Made by a program: the position numbers and the translations under genes. The notes below the pieces were generated by a model that was not told the DNA's origin, searched no databases, and saw only the letters and a program-made list of their open reading frames with translations. From the IMG/VR virus record IMGVR_UViG_3300009666_001319: a DNA stretch of 64,000 nt; one strand, written 5' to 3'. Positions 8,939 through 18,792 of the stretch are shown here, in pieces. Origin of the DNA: an uncultured virus (IMG/VR IMGVR_UViG_3300009666_001319) (Duplodnaviria > Heunggongvirae > Uroviricota > Caudoviricetes). Numbering within the stretch: the stretch's first letter is position 1; each line of letters starts with the position of its first letter.

Positions 8939-10443
8939 GCCGTCTCCGCCTCCTTCTCCTTCTGGGCTTCCTTCTGCCGCTCAAGGTAGCTGTTGTAAAG
9001 CTCCGCGATCATCGGCGGGTGTTCCCGGTCGGCATCCACACCGGACATGACCGTGGTGATCAGGCCGCACTTCCAGAACACCTTCATGGTGCGGTCGTCC
9101 ACGACATCCTCCCCAAGAGCCGCAAGCCTGCGGTACTCCCTGTCCGTCCTGCTGTGCGCCCCGAACTCGATGTGGTCGATAAGGTCATCCACCCACCAGA
9201 AGTCCACGCTCTTCATCACCGGATGTGCCTTCCTGATCTCCAGCGCCAGCTTCGCATCAGCGCCAAACCTCAGGCTGTTTACCTTCTCGGCGATCTTCCC
9301 TGCCTCCAGCTTTTTATAGGCTTCCAGCAGCGCCGTCTCCACAATGTTTGAGCGGATGATGAAGCCGTGGCAGGCGTCATCGCCCTTCTCACAGACCCAT
9401 CCCTTCTTGTGTTTCAGCTGGACCGGCACAGCCCTCTGGTAAAGCACCGATCCGCAGTAAGGACAGCGGAGCTTATCGCCCAGGGGATACTGATTGCAAG
9501 TTCCCGTGTCGTGTTCCTTCCGATGCCCGTTTACCCTGCGCATCCCCATGATCTTCATGCAGCGGTCATACTGCTTTCTCGGAATGATCGCGGCGTGGTG
9601 GTTTTCGATGTAGTAGCTCGGAACCTCCGTACTGTCGTTCTTGATGGACTTGTGGCTCAGATGGTCTTCCGTGAGGAACTTCTGGAGGATGATGTCCCCC
9701 GTGTAGCGTTCGTTGATCAGAAGGGTGTGTACCGCTGAGTCGGTCCACTTCGGCTCCCCTGTCGGGCTCTTGATGCCATGCGCCGCGAGGTACTTGCGGA
9801 TGCTCTGGATGCTCTCCCCATGTTCGTAGAGCTCGAAGATCTTCTGCACCACCGCCGCATGCTCCGGCACGATCTGATATTCACCGTCCGCCGTCTTCTC
9901 GTAGCCGTAGAGCCTGCTCCAGCGCGTGACGCCGTCTTCAAACCGCTTCCGGATGCCCCAGGATGTGTTCTCGGAAATCGACCGGCTCTCCTCCTGGGCA
10001 AAGGCCGCGAGGACGGTCAGGAGCATCTCCGAGAAAGCCGTGCGCGTATCGATGTTGTTGCTCTCGAACACGATGTGGACGCCCAGGTTGTTGAGGTGGC
10101 GCACAAAGGTCAGGCATTCGAGGGTATTTCGGGCGAAGCGGCTGATCGATTTTGTCAGGATGAGGTCGATTTTTCCTTCCTCGCATTCTTTCACCATCCG
10201 CTGGAACTCCGGCCGTTTGGCTGCGCTCGTACCCGTGATGCCCTCGTCGGCGAAGATGCCCGCCAGTTCCCATTCCGGGTTCCCCTCAATCAGCCCGGTG
10301 TAGTGTTTGACCTGTCCATCAAAGCTGGTCTTCTGGTCCTCTGTATCCGTGGAAACCCGGCAGTAGGCAGCCACACGGAGCTTGCCGGTCTGCTCCCTGA
10401 TCGTTTTCCTGATCGGCTCAAGCTTGATCTTCTGTACTTCCAT
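8935..10443 (-). CDS. Large serine recombinase with Zn ribbon
   Basis: AAYCRVS, DEGITG, KSISRFARN, CPYCG; ATG preceded by AAAGGAG. Confidence 0.95.
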   Translation of the reverse strand: MEVQKIKLEPIRKTIREQTGKLRVAAYCRVSTDTEDQKTSFDGQVKHYTGLIEGNPEWELAGIFADEGITGTSAAKRPEFQRMVKECEEGKIDLILTKSISRFARNTLECLTFVRHLNNLGVHIVFESNNIDTRTAFSEMLLTVLAAFAQEESRSISENTSWGIRKRFEDGVTRWSRLYGYEKTADGEYQIVPEHAAVVQKIFELYEHGESIQSIRKYLAAHGIKSPTGEPKWTDSAVHTLLINERYTGDIILQKFLTEDHLSHKSIKNDSTEVPSYYIENHHAAIIPRKQYDRCMKIMGMRRVNGHRKEHDTGTCNQYPLGDKLRCPYCGSVLYQRAVPVQLKHKKGWVCEKGDDACHGFIIRSNIVETALLEAYKKLEAGKIAEKVNSLRFGADAKLALEIRKAHPVMKSVDFWWVDDLIDHIEFGAHSRTDREYRRLAALGEDVVDDRTMKVFWKCGLITTVMSGVDADREHPPMIAELYNSYLERQKEAQKEKEAETA

Positions 10444-10611
10444 AAATGGTCTCCTTTCCGCGCCGCTGTAGGTTATCCCCCGGCGCTGTCCTATATTCCC
10501 GTAAAACCTCGTGCATAGCAAGTTAATTGTGAGAAATACAAGCACTTATTGGCCGTATAATCCGTAGAATAATCCGGCCTGTTTCAGCCGGATAACTGGT
10601 AGTTCCGAACA

Positions 10612-10650
10612 AAGAAACGGCCCCCTGAGAACATATCCCAGAGAGCCGTG
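10612..10650 (-). terminator. Probable terminator between the two recombinase operons
   Basis: cggctctctgggatatgttctcagggggccg followed by tttcttt on the minus strand. Confidence 0.55.
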
Positions 10651-10657
10651 TAAGCCT

Positions 10658-12160
10658 TTATTCCGCCTGCCTCTTCCGTACTTCCTCCGCCAGTTTCGGG
10701 TACCTGTCCGGATAGCGGAGAAGGTAGCCGTCCCACAGCTTTGCCTTATGCCTCGGATCGTGGGAATCCCTGACTACGCCGGAAGGAACCGCTGTCATAA
10801 GCCCGCACCGCCAAGTGATGGTGATCGTGCGGTCGTCCAGCACCTTCGCCTGTTCCGGCTCCATCAGCTTCAGGTCGGATGCCGTGTAGCTGTGCTGACC
10901 AAACTCGATCTTAGCCACATACTCATCCAGCCACCAGTAATCGACGGCATCAAAGGCGGGATGCGCCGCCTTCCCCTCCAGCAGCTTCCCTGCCTCTTCC
11001 GCCTTTCTGCGGAGCTTCATGGTACTGATCCGTTCCACCTCCGCCAGGTCGAGGCTGTTCCAGGCATCGAGGATCGCCTTCTTTACCGGGATCGCCATGA
11101 TCGCAAACTCCCTGCAGGCTCCTTCCCCCTCACAGCAGAAATGGCTGTCGATATTCTGGATCTCCAGCCGCCTGTGGCGGAGGACATGGCCGCAGTATGG
11201 GCAGCGCAGGTAATCCCCGAAAGGATACTGCGATGGCGTGGACTTCTTCTTCAGTTCCAGGATCACATTGCAGCGGTCGAACTGCTTTCTCGGCACGATA
11301 GGCTCGTGATGGTCCTTCAGCATCTTACCCGGAAGCAGCCCGTCATTCCTGTAGCAGCGGTAGTCCATGTAGCTCTTTTTGTAGAACTTCTGCGTCTGCA
11401 AATCGCCGGCATATTTCTCGTTCATGATCATGTAGTGGATGCGGGACTCATCCCACACTTTCGTTTCCCCGTTCGGCATCGGATACCCCCTGTCCTTCAG
11501 CGTCCGGGTGATCTCCGGCACGGAGGTCCCATGCTCATAAAGGTCGAAAATCAGCCTCACTGCCTCCGCTTCCTCCGGCACGATCTCGTAGGTATCGTCC
11601 TCCTCGTTCTTCCGGTAGCCGTACACAGGGATCAGAAGGGCATGCCCCTTCTGCAGCCGTTTCCGCTTGCCCCATTTGACGTTTTCAGAATGGGAATGGC
11701 TCTCTTCCTGCGCAAAGGCGGCAAGCACGGTCAGGAGCATTTCCGAATACTCGCTGTCCGTGTCGATGCCTTCCTTCTCGAAAATGAGCCGGATGCCGAG
11801 GCTGCGCAGCTTGCGCATGTAGTTCACTGCATCCAGCGTGTTGCGGGAAAAGCGGGACACGGACTTACAGATGATGGCATCGATCTTCCCGTCCTCACAG
11901 TCCTGCACCATCTGAAGGAACTGCGGCCTTCTTTCCGCCTGTGTACCTGAAATCCCGTGGTCGGCATAAATGCCTGCCATCGTCCAGCCGGGCTCCGCCC
12001 TGATCTTCTCGGAATACACAGCCACCTGCGTATCATAGCTCAAATGCTGCTCGTCCGATTTGGTCGAGACACGGCAGTAGGCGGCCACACGCAGGAGCTT
12101 CTTTTCTTCCGCCTGTTTCTCTTCCGGATTGTAGATCTTCGTGACCCTGATCTCAGCCAT
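10658..12160 (-). CDS. Large serine recombinase with Zn ribbon
   Basis: AAYCRVS, KSVSRFSRN, CPYCG. Confidence 0.95.
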   Translation of the reverse strand: MAEIRVTKIYNPEEKQAEEKKLLRVAAYCRVSTKSDEQHLSYDTQVAVYSEKIRAEPGWTMAGIYADHGISGTQAERRPQFLQMVQDCEDGKIDAIICKSVSRFSRNTLDAVNYMRKLRSLGIRLIFEKEGIDTDSEYSEMLLTVLAAFAQEESHSHSENVKWGKRKRLQKGHALLIPVYGYRKNEEDDTYEIVPEEAEAVRLIFDLYEHGTSVPEITRTLKDRGYPMPNGETKVWDESRIHYMIMNEKYAGDLQTQKFYKKSYMDYRCYRNDGLLPGKMLKDHHEPIVPRKQFDRCNVILELKKKSTPSQYPFGDYLRCPYCGHVLRHRRLEIQNIDSHFCCEGEGACREFAIMAIPVKKAILDAWNSLDLAEVERISTMKLRRKAEEAGKLLEGKAAHPAFDAVDYWWLDEYVAKIEFGQHSYTASDLKLMEPEQAKVLDDRTITITWRCGLMTAVPSGVVRDSHDPRHKAKLWDGYLLRYPDRYPKLAEEVRKRQAE

Positions 12161-13649
12161 GCGATTTCACCTTTTTCCATTTCTCCCGGACTTCCTCCGC
12201 CTGTTTCGGGTACTTGTCTTCATGCCGCAGGACGTAAGCATCCCACAGGATAGCTTTGTGCTTTGGGAACTGGGAGTCGCGTATGATGCCGGTCGGGACG
12301 GTCTGGACGACTCCACACTTCCAGCGGATGGTCATCGTGGAATCGTCCGCCGCCTCCCTCATCTCCTCCGGCATGGCGGCAAGCTCTGTCGGCGCGTAGC
12401 TGTGTCTGCCGAACTCAATCCGATCCACCAGGTCATCCAGCCACCAGTAATCCACGGTATCGAAAGCCGGGTGTTCCGCTTTGATGCTCCTGGCCAGTTC
12501 ATCATCTGCCCCGCTCACATCCAGTTCCGCATACGCTTTAAGCAGAGCCTCATCCACAAGCGGCCTGTCGATCACAAAGCCCCTGCAGGCTCCCTCACCC
12601 TGGCAGAAGAAAAACTGGTTCCTGCCCTGGTCCGTCTTTGCCATCCACAGGGTCTTTCCGCAGTAAGGGCATTTCAGCATATCGGAATATGGGTACTGCA
12701 CCGGCCTGATCCGCGAGGTGCTTCGCATGAGCTGGATGTCTCCGCAGCGGTTGAACTGCTTCTCTGTGATGATCGCCTCGTGATGGCCGAAGATGTAATT
12801 CTGCGGAAGTTCCCCTTTGTTCTTCACTTCCTTGCCGGTCATGAAGTCCGGCGTGTACCGTTTCTGGGTGATGATGTCGCCCATGTACTTGACGTTGTTG
12901 AGCATCCCCCAGATCCTCGATTCCTCCCAGTTACCGATGCGGTACTCATCGATCATCGGGCGCGGGACGCCCTTTTCACGTAGTTCCTTACGGATCGTGG
13001 AAATCGGCATCCCATGCTCGTACTGGTCGAAAATCCAGCGGACGATCTCCGCCTCCTCCGGCACGATGACCATCGTCTTTCCGTCATCCGACTTCCTGTA
13101 ACCGTAAGGCGTATACAGCGGAGCATTACCGGCCATCGCCCTCTTTCGCTTGCCCCACTTCACGTTCTCGGAATGGGAGTGGCTCTCTTCCTGGGCAAAG
13201 GCGGCAAGGACAGTCAGCAGCATGGCGGAATACTCGCCTTCGGTATCGATGTTCTCCTTCTCGAAGATGAGCCGGATTCCCATCCCCCGGAGCATCTGGA
13301 TGTAGCGGACGGCATCGAGGGTGTTGCGGGAAAATCGGGAGACTGATTTACAGATCACCGCATCGATTTTCCCATCCTCGCAGTCATGAATCATCTGGAG
13401 GAACTGCGGCCGTTTCTCCGCCCTTGTGCCGGACAAGCCGTAGTCTGCGTACAGCCCCGCCAAAGTCCAGCCCGGCTCCGCCGCGATCCTGACACGGTAG
13501 GCATCCATCTGCCCCTCGTAACTTGACCGCTGTTCATCTCGCTTTGATGAGACACGGCAGTAGGCAGCCACACGGAGGAGCCGATCGGTACCTTCTTTCT
13601 TCTCCCCCGGATTGTAGATCTTCGTGACCTTCATACCGCCTTCCGCCAT
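12153..13649 (-). CDS. Large serine recombinase with Zn ribbon
   Basis: AAYCRVS, KSVSRFSRN, CPYCG. Confidence 0.95.
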   Translation of the reverse strand: MAEGGMKVTKIYNPGEKKEGTDRLLRVAAYCRVSSKRDEQRSSYEGQMDAYRVRIAAEPGWTLAGLYADYGLSGTRAEKRPQFLQMIHDCEDGKIDAVICKSVSRFSRNTLDAVRYIQMLRGMGIRLIFEKENIDTEGEYSAMLLTVLAAFAQEESHSHSENVKWGKRKRAMAGNAPLYTPYGYRKSDDGKTMVIVPEEAEIVRWIFDQYEHGMPISTIRKELREKGVPRPMIDEYRIGNWEESRIWGMLNNVKYMGDIITQKRYTPDFMTGKEVKNKGELPQNYIFGHHEAIITEKQFNRCGDIQLMRSTSRIRPVQYPYSDMLKCPYCGKTLWMAKTDQGRNQFFFCQGEGACRGFVIDRPLVDEALLKAYAELDVSGADDELARSIKAEHPAFDTVDYWWLDDLVDRIEFGRHSYAPTELAAMPEEMREAADDSTMTIRWKCGVVQTVPTGIIRDSQFPKHKAILWDAYVLRHEDKYPKQAEEVREKWKKVKSHG

Positions 13650-14599
13650 GACTCCGCCTCCTTTGCGGCGAGCTTCATCGCGTGGTCCATGATCTCCTTT
13701 TCCTCGGCGCTGAACTTCCTGCGGTGTCCGCCAAGGGTCTGATGGTCCAGAAGCTCCTGCACCACGTTGTAGAGGTCCTTGCTCACCAGTGCCGGGTGGT
13801 GGTCTTCAATGAGGATCTGGTCGACCTGACCCCTGTTCTTGACCCTCTTTACCACACCAAACTCATCCACGATGCGGCATTCCTTATTCGACAGGTAATT
13901 GCCGATGTAGGTTTCGCTGCGGAGAAGGTTGACTACCGGGGTCTTGTTCCATACCCTGCCGTCCCCATCTTCCGCTTCCATTCGGGTCAGTTCCTCGGCG
14001 ATCTCCGCGTAGGTGTAGCACATCCCCGCCATGTAGAAAGCCTGACGGACGACTTCCGCCTCATGCTCAACCACTTCCCACCTGTGTTCCTTGCCGACCG
14101 ATACAAAACCGTACCTGGCCGTATCCCAGGGCTGCCCTTTCTCGACATGCTTCTGCCGGCTCCAACTTAAGTTCATGGAGATGGAGTTGCTCTCCTCCTG
14201 GGCAATGGTCGCAAGGATGCCGAGCATCAGTTCCCCGCCCATCGTCTCCGTATCAAGGTTCTCCTTCTCGAACCTGACCGTTACGCCGCACTCTTTCAGG
14301 TGGCGGATGGCTTCCACGCATTCGAGCATGTTCCTCGCAAAGCGGCTGATCGACTTCGTTAAGACAAGATCGATCTTCCCGGCCTCGCAGTCCTTGATGA
14401 GCCGGTTCAGTTCCTTCCGTCCGCGCATGGAGCGTCCGCTCTTGCCGTGATCACCGTAAACACCGACGAACTCCATGTCCGGATCGTTCCTGATGAGTTT
14501 CTCGTAGTATTCGCACTGGACTTCAAAGGAGCCGTCCTGCGTGTCGCTGTTGGTGCTGACGCGGCAGTAGGCAGCCGTGCGCAGTTTCTTTCCTTCCAT
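13631..14599 (-). CDS. Serine recombinase lacking the Zn ribbon (catalytic plus recombinase domains)
   Basis: AAYCRVS, KSISRFARN; 322 aa with no CxxC in the C-terminus. Confidence 0.93.
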   Translation of the reverse strand: MEGKKLRTAAYCRVSTNSDTQDGSFEVQCEYYEKLIRNDPDMEFVGVYGDHGKSGRSMRGRKELNRLIKDCEAGKIDLVLTKSISRFARNMLECVEAIRHLKECGVTVRFEKENLDTETMGGELMLGILATIAQEESNSISMNLSWSRQKHVEKGQPWDTARYGFVSVGKEHRWEVVEHEAEVVRQAFYMAGMCYTYAEIAEELTRMEAEDGDGRVWNKTPVVNLLRSETYIGNYLSNKECRIVDEFGVVKRVKNRGQVDQILIEDHHPALVSKDLYNVVQELLDHQTLGGHRRKFSAEEKEIMDHAMKLAAKEAESWRKAV

Positions 14600-14759
14600 T
14601 CTGCTTCCTCCTGATTCTGTAAATTGGCCGGATCAGAAGGCTTCCCGCCTTCTCTCGCGGTCATCGTATATTCCCGTAAAGTGCTGTACATAGCAACTCT
14701 ATATTGGATACTTCTTCACTTATTTTTTCGGGCAGCGGTATCCGTTAAATCTTGAAAAA

Positions 14760-14803
14760 TAAAAAAGAAAAGACGCACCGGGGAAAAACTCCTCAGCGCG
14801 TCC
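14760..14803 (-). terminator. Probable terminator
   Basis: gacgc...gcgtc stem followed by a T-rich tract on the minus strand. Confidence 0.5.
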
Positions 14804-14826
14804 TGTAGTAGTTGGTATTCAGTTTC

Positions 14827-15327
14827 TTAATCGTCTGCGTCCAGATCTTCGAAAAGATCCTCCACAGAGGAGAATGTCTTCTCCGGACGGATGCCCTTCG
14901 CCTCCCGCTCCGCCGTTTCCTTCATGACCGCAAGCGTCTCAGCATTCGGTTTTGGATAGCCGATGCGGAAAGGAATGCCCCATTCCAAGAGGCACTTTTC
15001 GAAGTAAATATTGACCGCCTCCGATGGCGTCATGCCCAGTTCCTTGAAGATATATTCGACCTGGCTTTTCTTATACGGATCGATCTTCATGGAAAACTGC
15101 GCCGTCTTCGGAACATCGGAGTCGATCACCGTATGCTTCTTCTCCCCGGTCAGCTTAAGGTCAAATGGAAGTCCCCCTTCGATGATGCACTTCTCAAAGA
15201 AGATGTTCACACCGTAGGCGAGGGATAAGCCAAGCTCCGTAAAGAACTCATCCATCCGCTGCTTCTTTTCCGGCTCCATCCGCATGTTGAAGGTCGCTGT
15301 TTTCTTATTCATTCCCCATTCCTCCAT
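14827..15327 (-). CDS. RelB/DinJ-like antitoxin with two tandem RHH repeats, no adjacent toxin
   Basis: Two repeats KTA.F.M...P.KK......F.ELG......VNI.FEKC..E.G.PF; PNAETL and FSSVEDLFEDL tail. Confidence 0.8.
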   Translation of the reverse strand: MEEWGMNKKTATFNMRMEPEKKQRMDEFFTELGLSLAYGVNIFFEKCIIEGGLPFDLKLTGEKKHTVIDSDVPKTAQFSMKIDPYKKSQVEYIFKELGMTPSEAVNIYFEKCLLEWGIPFRIGYPKPNAETLAVMKETAEREAKGIRPEKTFSSVEDLFEDLDADD

Positions 15328-15413
15328 CCTGTGCTGCGTCCATTATAGCCGTCCATCGTGAAGATTTCAATACGATGTGTGACTTTTACAGGCACAGGAT
15401 GGTAAGGAAAAGA

Positions 15414-18368
15414 TCATACCTTTTCCGTATAGGACAGCTTCACCCAGCCGTTACGCTTTTCCGCATAGGCTTTCAGAAGCCCCCAGCCGTCCTGCTCGCC
15501 AACGATGGTGTACACACCGGGTTCGATATAGCCGTAGGAAGCATGGGAAGTTCCGGGGCCTTTCCGGTAGTTCAGGTCAGAGATAGAGATGCGGACGAGG
15601 TAAGGAAACTTCGAGGACTTATCCGGTTCCTTCTGCTCTCCCCCTATCGCCGCCTTATATGCCGCTGCGGTATATCCGAACGGATCGGACGTGCTGTCCG
15701 GGAAGCACCAGAACGTCCAGGTGGAGCCGTACTTGTTCTTCACCACGGTCTTACCCTGCACATAGGCTTTCCTGTCCTTCACACTGCCCGTGCTGATGGA
15801 CTGGATGTCGGAGAAGCAGTCATGCTCATCCACATAGAGAGGGAGCGTCCGGTTTCCGTTCACCAGCACATCCTTGACTCCGGCAAGGATGGCGTCGGTC
15901 ACACTGCCGTTGTCCATCCAGTGGGCAGCTTTGGCAAACCATCCGCCGTTACGGACCCAGTTATACAGGCCGTCTGCCCCGGTGCCGTACTTCTTGCGGC
16001 GAGAGGCATTGGTCTCCAGCTGATTGGCCATGAGACTGGCTTCCGCCTTCGCCCCGGCGACCGTACCCTGCTCCTGCTGGCAGAGGCGGGCGATCTTCTT
16101 AAGCTGAGAATCGGTCAGCGGGTACTTCGTGAAGGATGACTTTTTCGGCTCCTTCTCCTGATCCTTCTTCGGATACACCTGCCTGCCATCATCATCGAAG
16201 GCAACGTAGCCGGGATTGGCATCCACAGCGAGGATCGCGTTGTCCAGGACAGTATATGCCCCGATCTGGGAAGTCTTATCCTCCCAGGACTTCCGCACAC
16301 GGTAATACTTTGTGAGCTCCGCAAGCTCCGAAGTTCCGGGATTCCAGTCCTTCTTCGCCTTGGAGCCGATGGTCACGTTGGTCGCCGTGTGGTGATTATC
16401 ATTGAGCAGAATGTCCCCAGGCAAGAGGTAATCTCCGGAGGTCAGATACTTGCTTTCAGTCAGGGCTTTGAAGCCGGCCTTGGTGAGTGCGGAGCGCATG
16501 TTGCCGGTATAGGTGCCGGTATGCTCCTTCAGCGCCTTGATGCCAAGCAGATATCCCGCTGCCATCACGTTGGCGCACACACCCGCGGAGCAGTCCGCTT
16601 CACAGGCAGAGGTGATCTTTGAAGGCTCCCAGCCGACAGCTTTCAGCTGCGCAAGGTAAGTCCTGTTCTGCCCCTGGTCGTAGCCGATCTTATCATTCAG
16701 CGCCGCGTCGATGGCAAGCTGGGCAAGTTTCAGAGCGACCTTCTGATCCGGATAACGGAGCACTACCAGCCACGGACGGTTGTACCAGGAGCGCATCTGC
16801 CACTCCTTTCCGTTCTGGTCTCCTGCCCGTCCGCCTCTATAAGCTCCATTCTCATCGGAACCACTGTTGGAGATATAGTGTGTCCCGGTGGAGTTGATAT
16901 ACTTGCTGTGAGTGCTGCTGAGTACGACCTTCTCTTCCGTCTTCTGCTCCGTAGTAGTTGCCGCTGCCTTCACATCGTACTGGGTCAGGTTCCACCTCTC
17001 GATGATCTCACAGAGCTTGCTTACATAGGTGAGGCTTGTGGCATAGCCGCCGTCCTTGATGATCTGCGCCGCCTTCTTATAGTCCATGCAGCCCTTCAGT
17101 CCGGAATACCTCTGCTTGCTCCCGTTCATGGCTCCGAGCAGGTAGGCGGAGTGATCGGCAATGGAATCCTCCACACACGGATACTTCCTGAAATCCGCTG
17201 TGAGGGTCACATAGGAGCCGTCCGGATTCTGCTCCCCGGTCTTCTTGGTGTAGATGCTCTTGCCGTCCCAGGACGAGCCTGCCCATGTGTTCCCGGAAAG
17301 AGACTTCTTCATGCCAAAGCAGTTATTGGCATTCTGCGCCAGCTCCGACTTTCCATAGCCGGACTCCAGGATGAACTGCGCTGCCGTTACGGAAGCAAGA
17401 ATCCCGGTCTTCTTCTGATCAGCAGTGAACAGAGGGCCGACCTTCTTAATGACATCCGCTTCCGACAGGTTCTTCAGTTCCTTCGCCTGCAGGCCGGTCA
17501 CTTTTTCTTCTTTGACTTCTTCTTTTTTGTCTTCTTGGGGCGACACCTTTTTTCCGGACTCAGAAGCCGCCTTTCCGATAGTGCAGTAAGAGGCATTCTC
17601 CAGATAGATCCAGCCTGCACCCGATTTCAGTTTACCCCAGCCGTTCTTCACCTTGGTGATGGTGAAAACGCCCTTTCCGGTCTGTCCGACCACCTTGCCG
17701 CTCATGGAGCCCTCGGTGCGGATGTTGAGGTCATCGATGATGACGGTCACAAGGAAAGGTACAGCCGGGAACTTTGTGTTCGTGCCGCCAGATGTAGTCG
17801 GCGCAGCCGTGCTCCCGGAAGAACTGCCGCCGAGCTGCGCTGTGACTTTGGAAGCAAGGTCGCCCATTCTGGCATACATCCAGTTGCCGGGGCAGCTTTT
17901 GTTGGCAAACCAGCGATGGACCGTCAGCACCATCTCATCCGACTTCGGGCTGTAGTTCAGGGTCTTGTCCTTGTCACCAAACCAGATCAGCTTCTTCTTT
18001 CCGTTCCTCTTGCAGATATCCACACAGAGGGTGATCAGCTTCTTATACACCGCATCGCGGAAAGCATACGGCTCCGTGGTGTCGGAAGCGCACTCGATGG
18101 TGACTGCCCTCTGGTCATTCGCGTTACTGGAGCTGCACCAGGAGCGGTTCTTCTCCTCCACATACAGCCCCACACGGCCATCCTTGTCGATGCCGTAGTT
18201 CGAGCTTGCCTGCGTGGAACTCTTCGCGAACCAGTCTCCGAGTCCCTCGGCGCTGCACTGACCGACCACACAGTGAGGCGTGATGCGGTCGATGCTGTGC
18301 GTCCTCTGGCCGGAGTGGTTCGGGCTCAGTTTCTTATAGGCTACCAGTCCGCTGTTCGTATATCCCAT
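15414..18368 (-). CDS. Multidomain endolysin (amidase_2, SH3-like, glucosaminidase, NlpC/P60-like, further domain, SH3-like)
   Basis: ITPHCVVG/SSNYGI/HRWFANKSCPG; AQFILESGYG..GYAT; ADCSA..PGDILL..HHT. Confidence 0.88.
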   Translation of the reverse strand: MGYTNSGLVAYKKLSPNHSGQRTHSIDRITPHCVVGQCSAEGLGDWFAKSSTQASSNYGIDKDGRVGLYVEEKNRSWCSSSNANDQRAVTIECASDTTEPYAFRDAVYKKLITLCVDICKRNGKKKLIWFGDKDKTLNYSPKSDEMVLTVHRWFANKSCPGNWMYARMGDLASKVTAQLGGSSSGSTAAPTTSGGTNTKFPAVPFLVTVIIDDLNIRTEGSMSGKVVGQTGKGVFTITKVKNGWGKLKSGAGWIYLENASYCTIGKAASESGKKVSPQEDKKEEVKEEKVTGLQAKELKNLSEADVIKKVGPLFTADQKKTGILASVTAAQFILESGYGKSELAQNANNCFGMKKSLSGNTWAGSSWDGKSIYTKKTGEQNPDGSYVTLTADFRKYPCVEDSIADHSAYLLGAMNGSKQRYSGLKGCMDYKKAAQIIKDGGYATSLTYVSKLCEIIERWNLTQYDVKAAATTTEQKTEEKVVLSSTHSKYINSTGTHYISNSGSDENGAYRGGRAGDQNGKEWQMRSWYNRPWLVVLRYPDQKVALKLAQLAIDAALNDKIGYDQGQNRTYLAQLKAVGWEPSKITSACEADCSAGVCANVMAAGYLLGIKALKEHTGTYTGNMRSALTKAGFKALTESKYLTSGDYLLPGDILLNDNHHTATNVTIGSKAKKDWNPGTSELAELTKYYRVRKSWEDKTSQIGAYTVLDNAILAVDANPGYVAFDDDGRQVYPKKDQEKEPKKSSFTKYPLTDSQLKKIARLCQQEQGTVAGAKAEASLMANQLETNASRRKKYGTGADGLYNWVRNGGWFAKAAHWMDNGSVTDAILAGVKDVLVNGNRTLPLYVDEHDCFSDIQSISTGSVKDRKAYVQGKTVVKNKYGSTWTFWCFPDSTSDPFGYTAAAYKAAIGGEQKEPDKSSKFPYLVRISISDLNYRKGPGTSHASYGYIEPGVYTIVGEQDGWGLLKAYAEKRNGWVKLSYTEKV

Positions 18369-18415
18369 AGATTTCTCCCTTCTCCCGTTTCCGGGGTCCA
18401 CAATTCTCTGTGGAT

Positions 18416-18517
18416 TTACCGCTTCCTCAGCATGACGAAAAGCTGAAGAAGCCCTACGATGAGGATCAGGAACGAGAAATTGCCCCGTCCCATTTCTTCA
18501 ATGATTACAGTGACCAA
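18416..18517 (-). CDS. 33-aa hydrophobic peptide (holin-like or type I toxin-like)
   Basis: GGAGG RBS and TTG start; MVTVIIEEMGRGNFSFLILIVGLLQLFVMLRKR. Confidence 0.5.
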   Translation of the reverse strand: MVTVIIEEMGRGNFSFLILIVGLLQLFVMLRKR

Positions 18518-18596
18518 AGTGGTCTCCTCCCTGCCCGCAGGCATGAAAAAAGCACCGGCCGGTCAAGGTCGATGCTCCTGGTCTTCTGTTCTGTTC

Positions 18597-18770
18597 TCAG
18601 CTATCCGAGCATTCCGTCTCCCCCGCGAGGAGCTTCAGCAGAATATTCGTGTAGCGTTCCCTCTCCGCGCCGTCGCAGGCCATGACGCCTTCCTTGAAGA
18701 AGTCAACTGCCTCCCAGCGGTCTTCCCACTCCTGTTTCTGCCCGTAGCAGATGGTCGTTACTCTGTCCAT
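18597..18770 (-). CDS. Small hypothetical protein (57 aa)
   Basis: MDRVTTICYGQKQEWEDRWEAVDFFKEGVMACDGAERERY..; GGAG RBS. Confidence 0.7.
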   Translation of the reverse strand: MDRVTTICYGQKQEWEDRWEAVDFFKEGVMACDGAERERYTNILLKLLAGETECSDS

Positions 18771-18792
18771 GGCGTATCTCCCGCAGTCAGGC

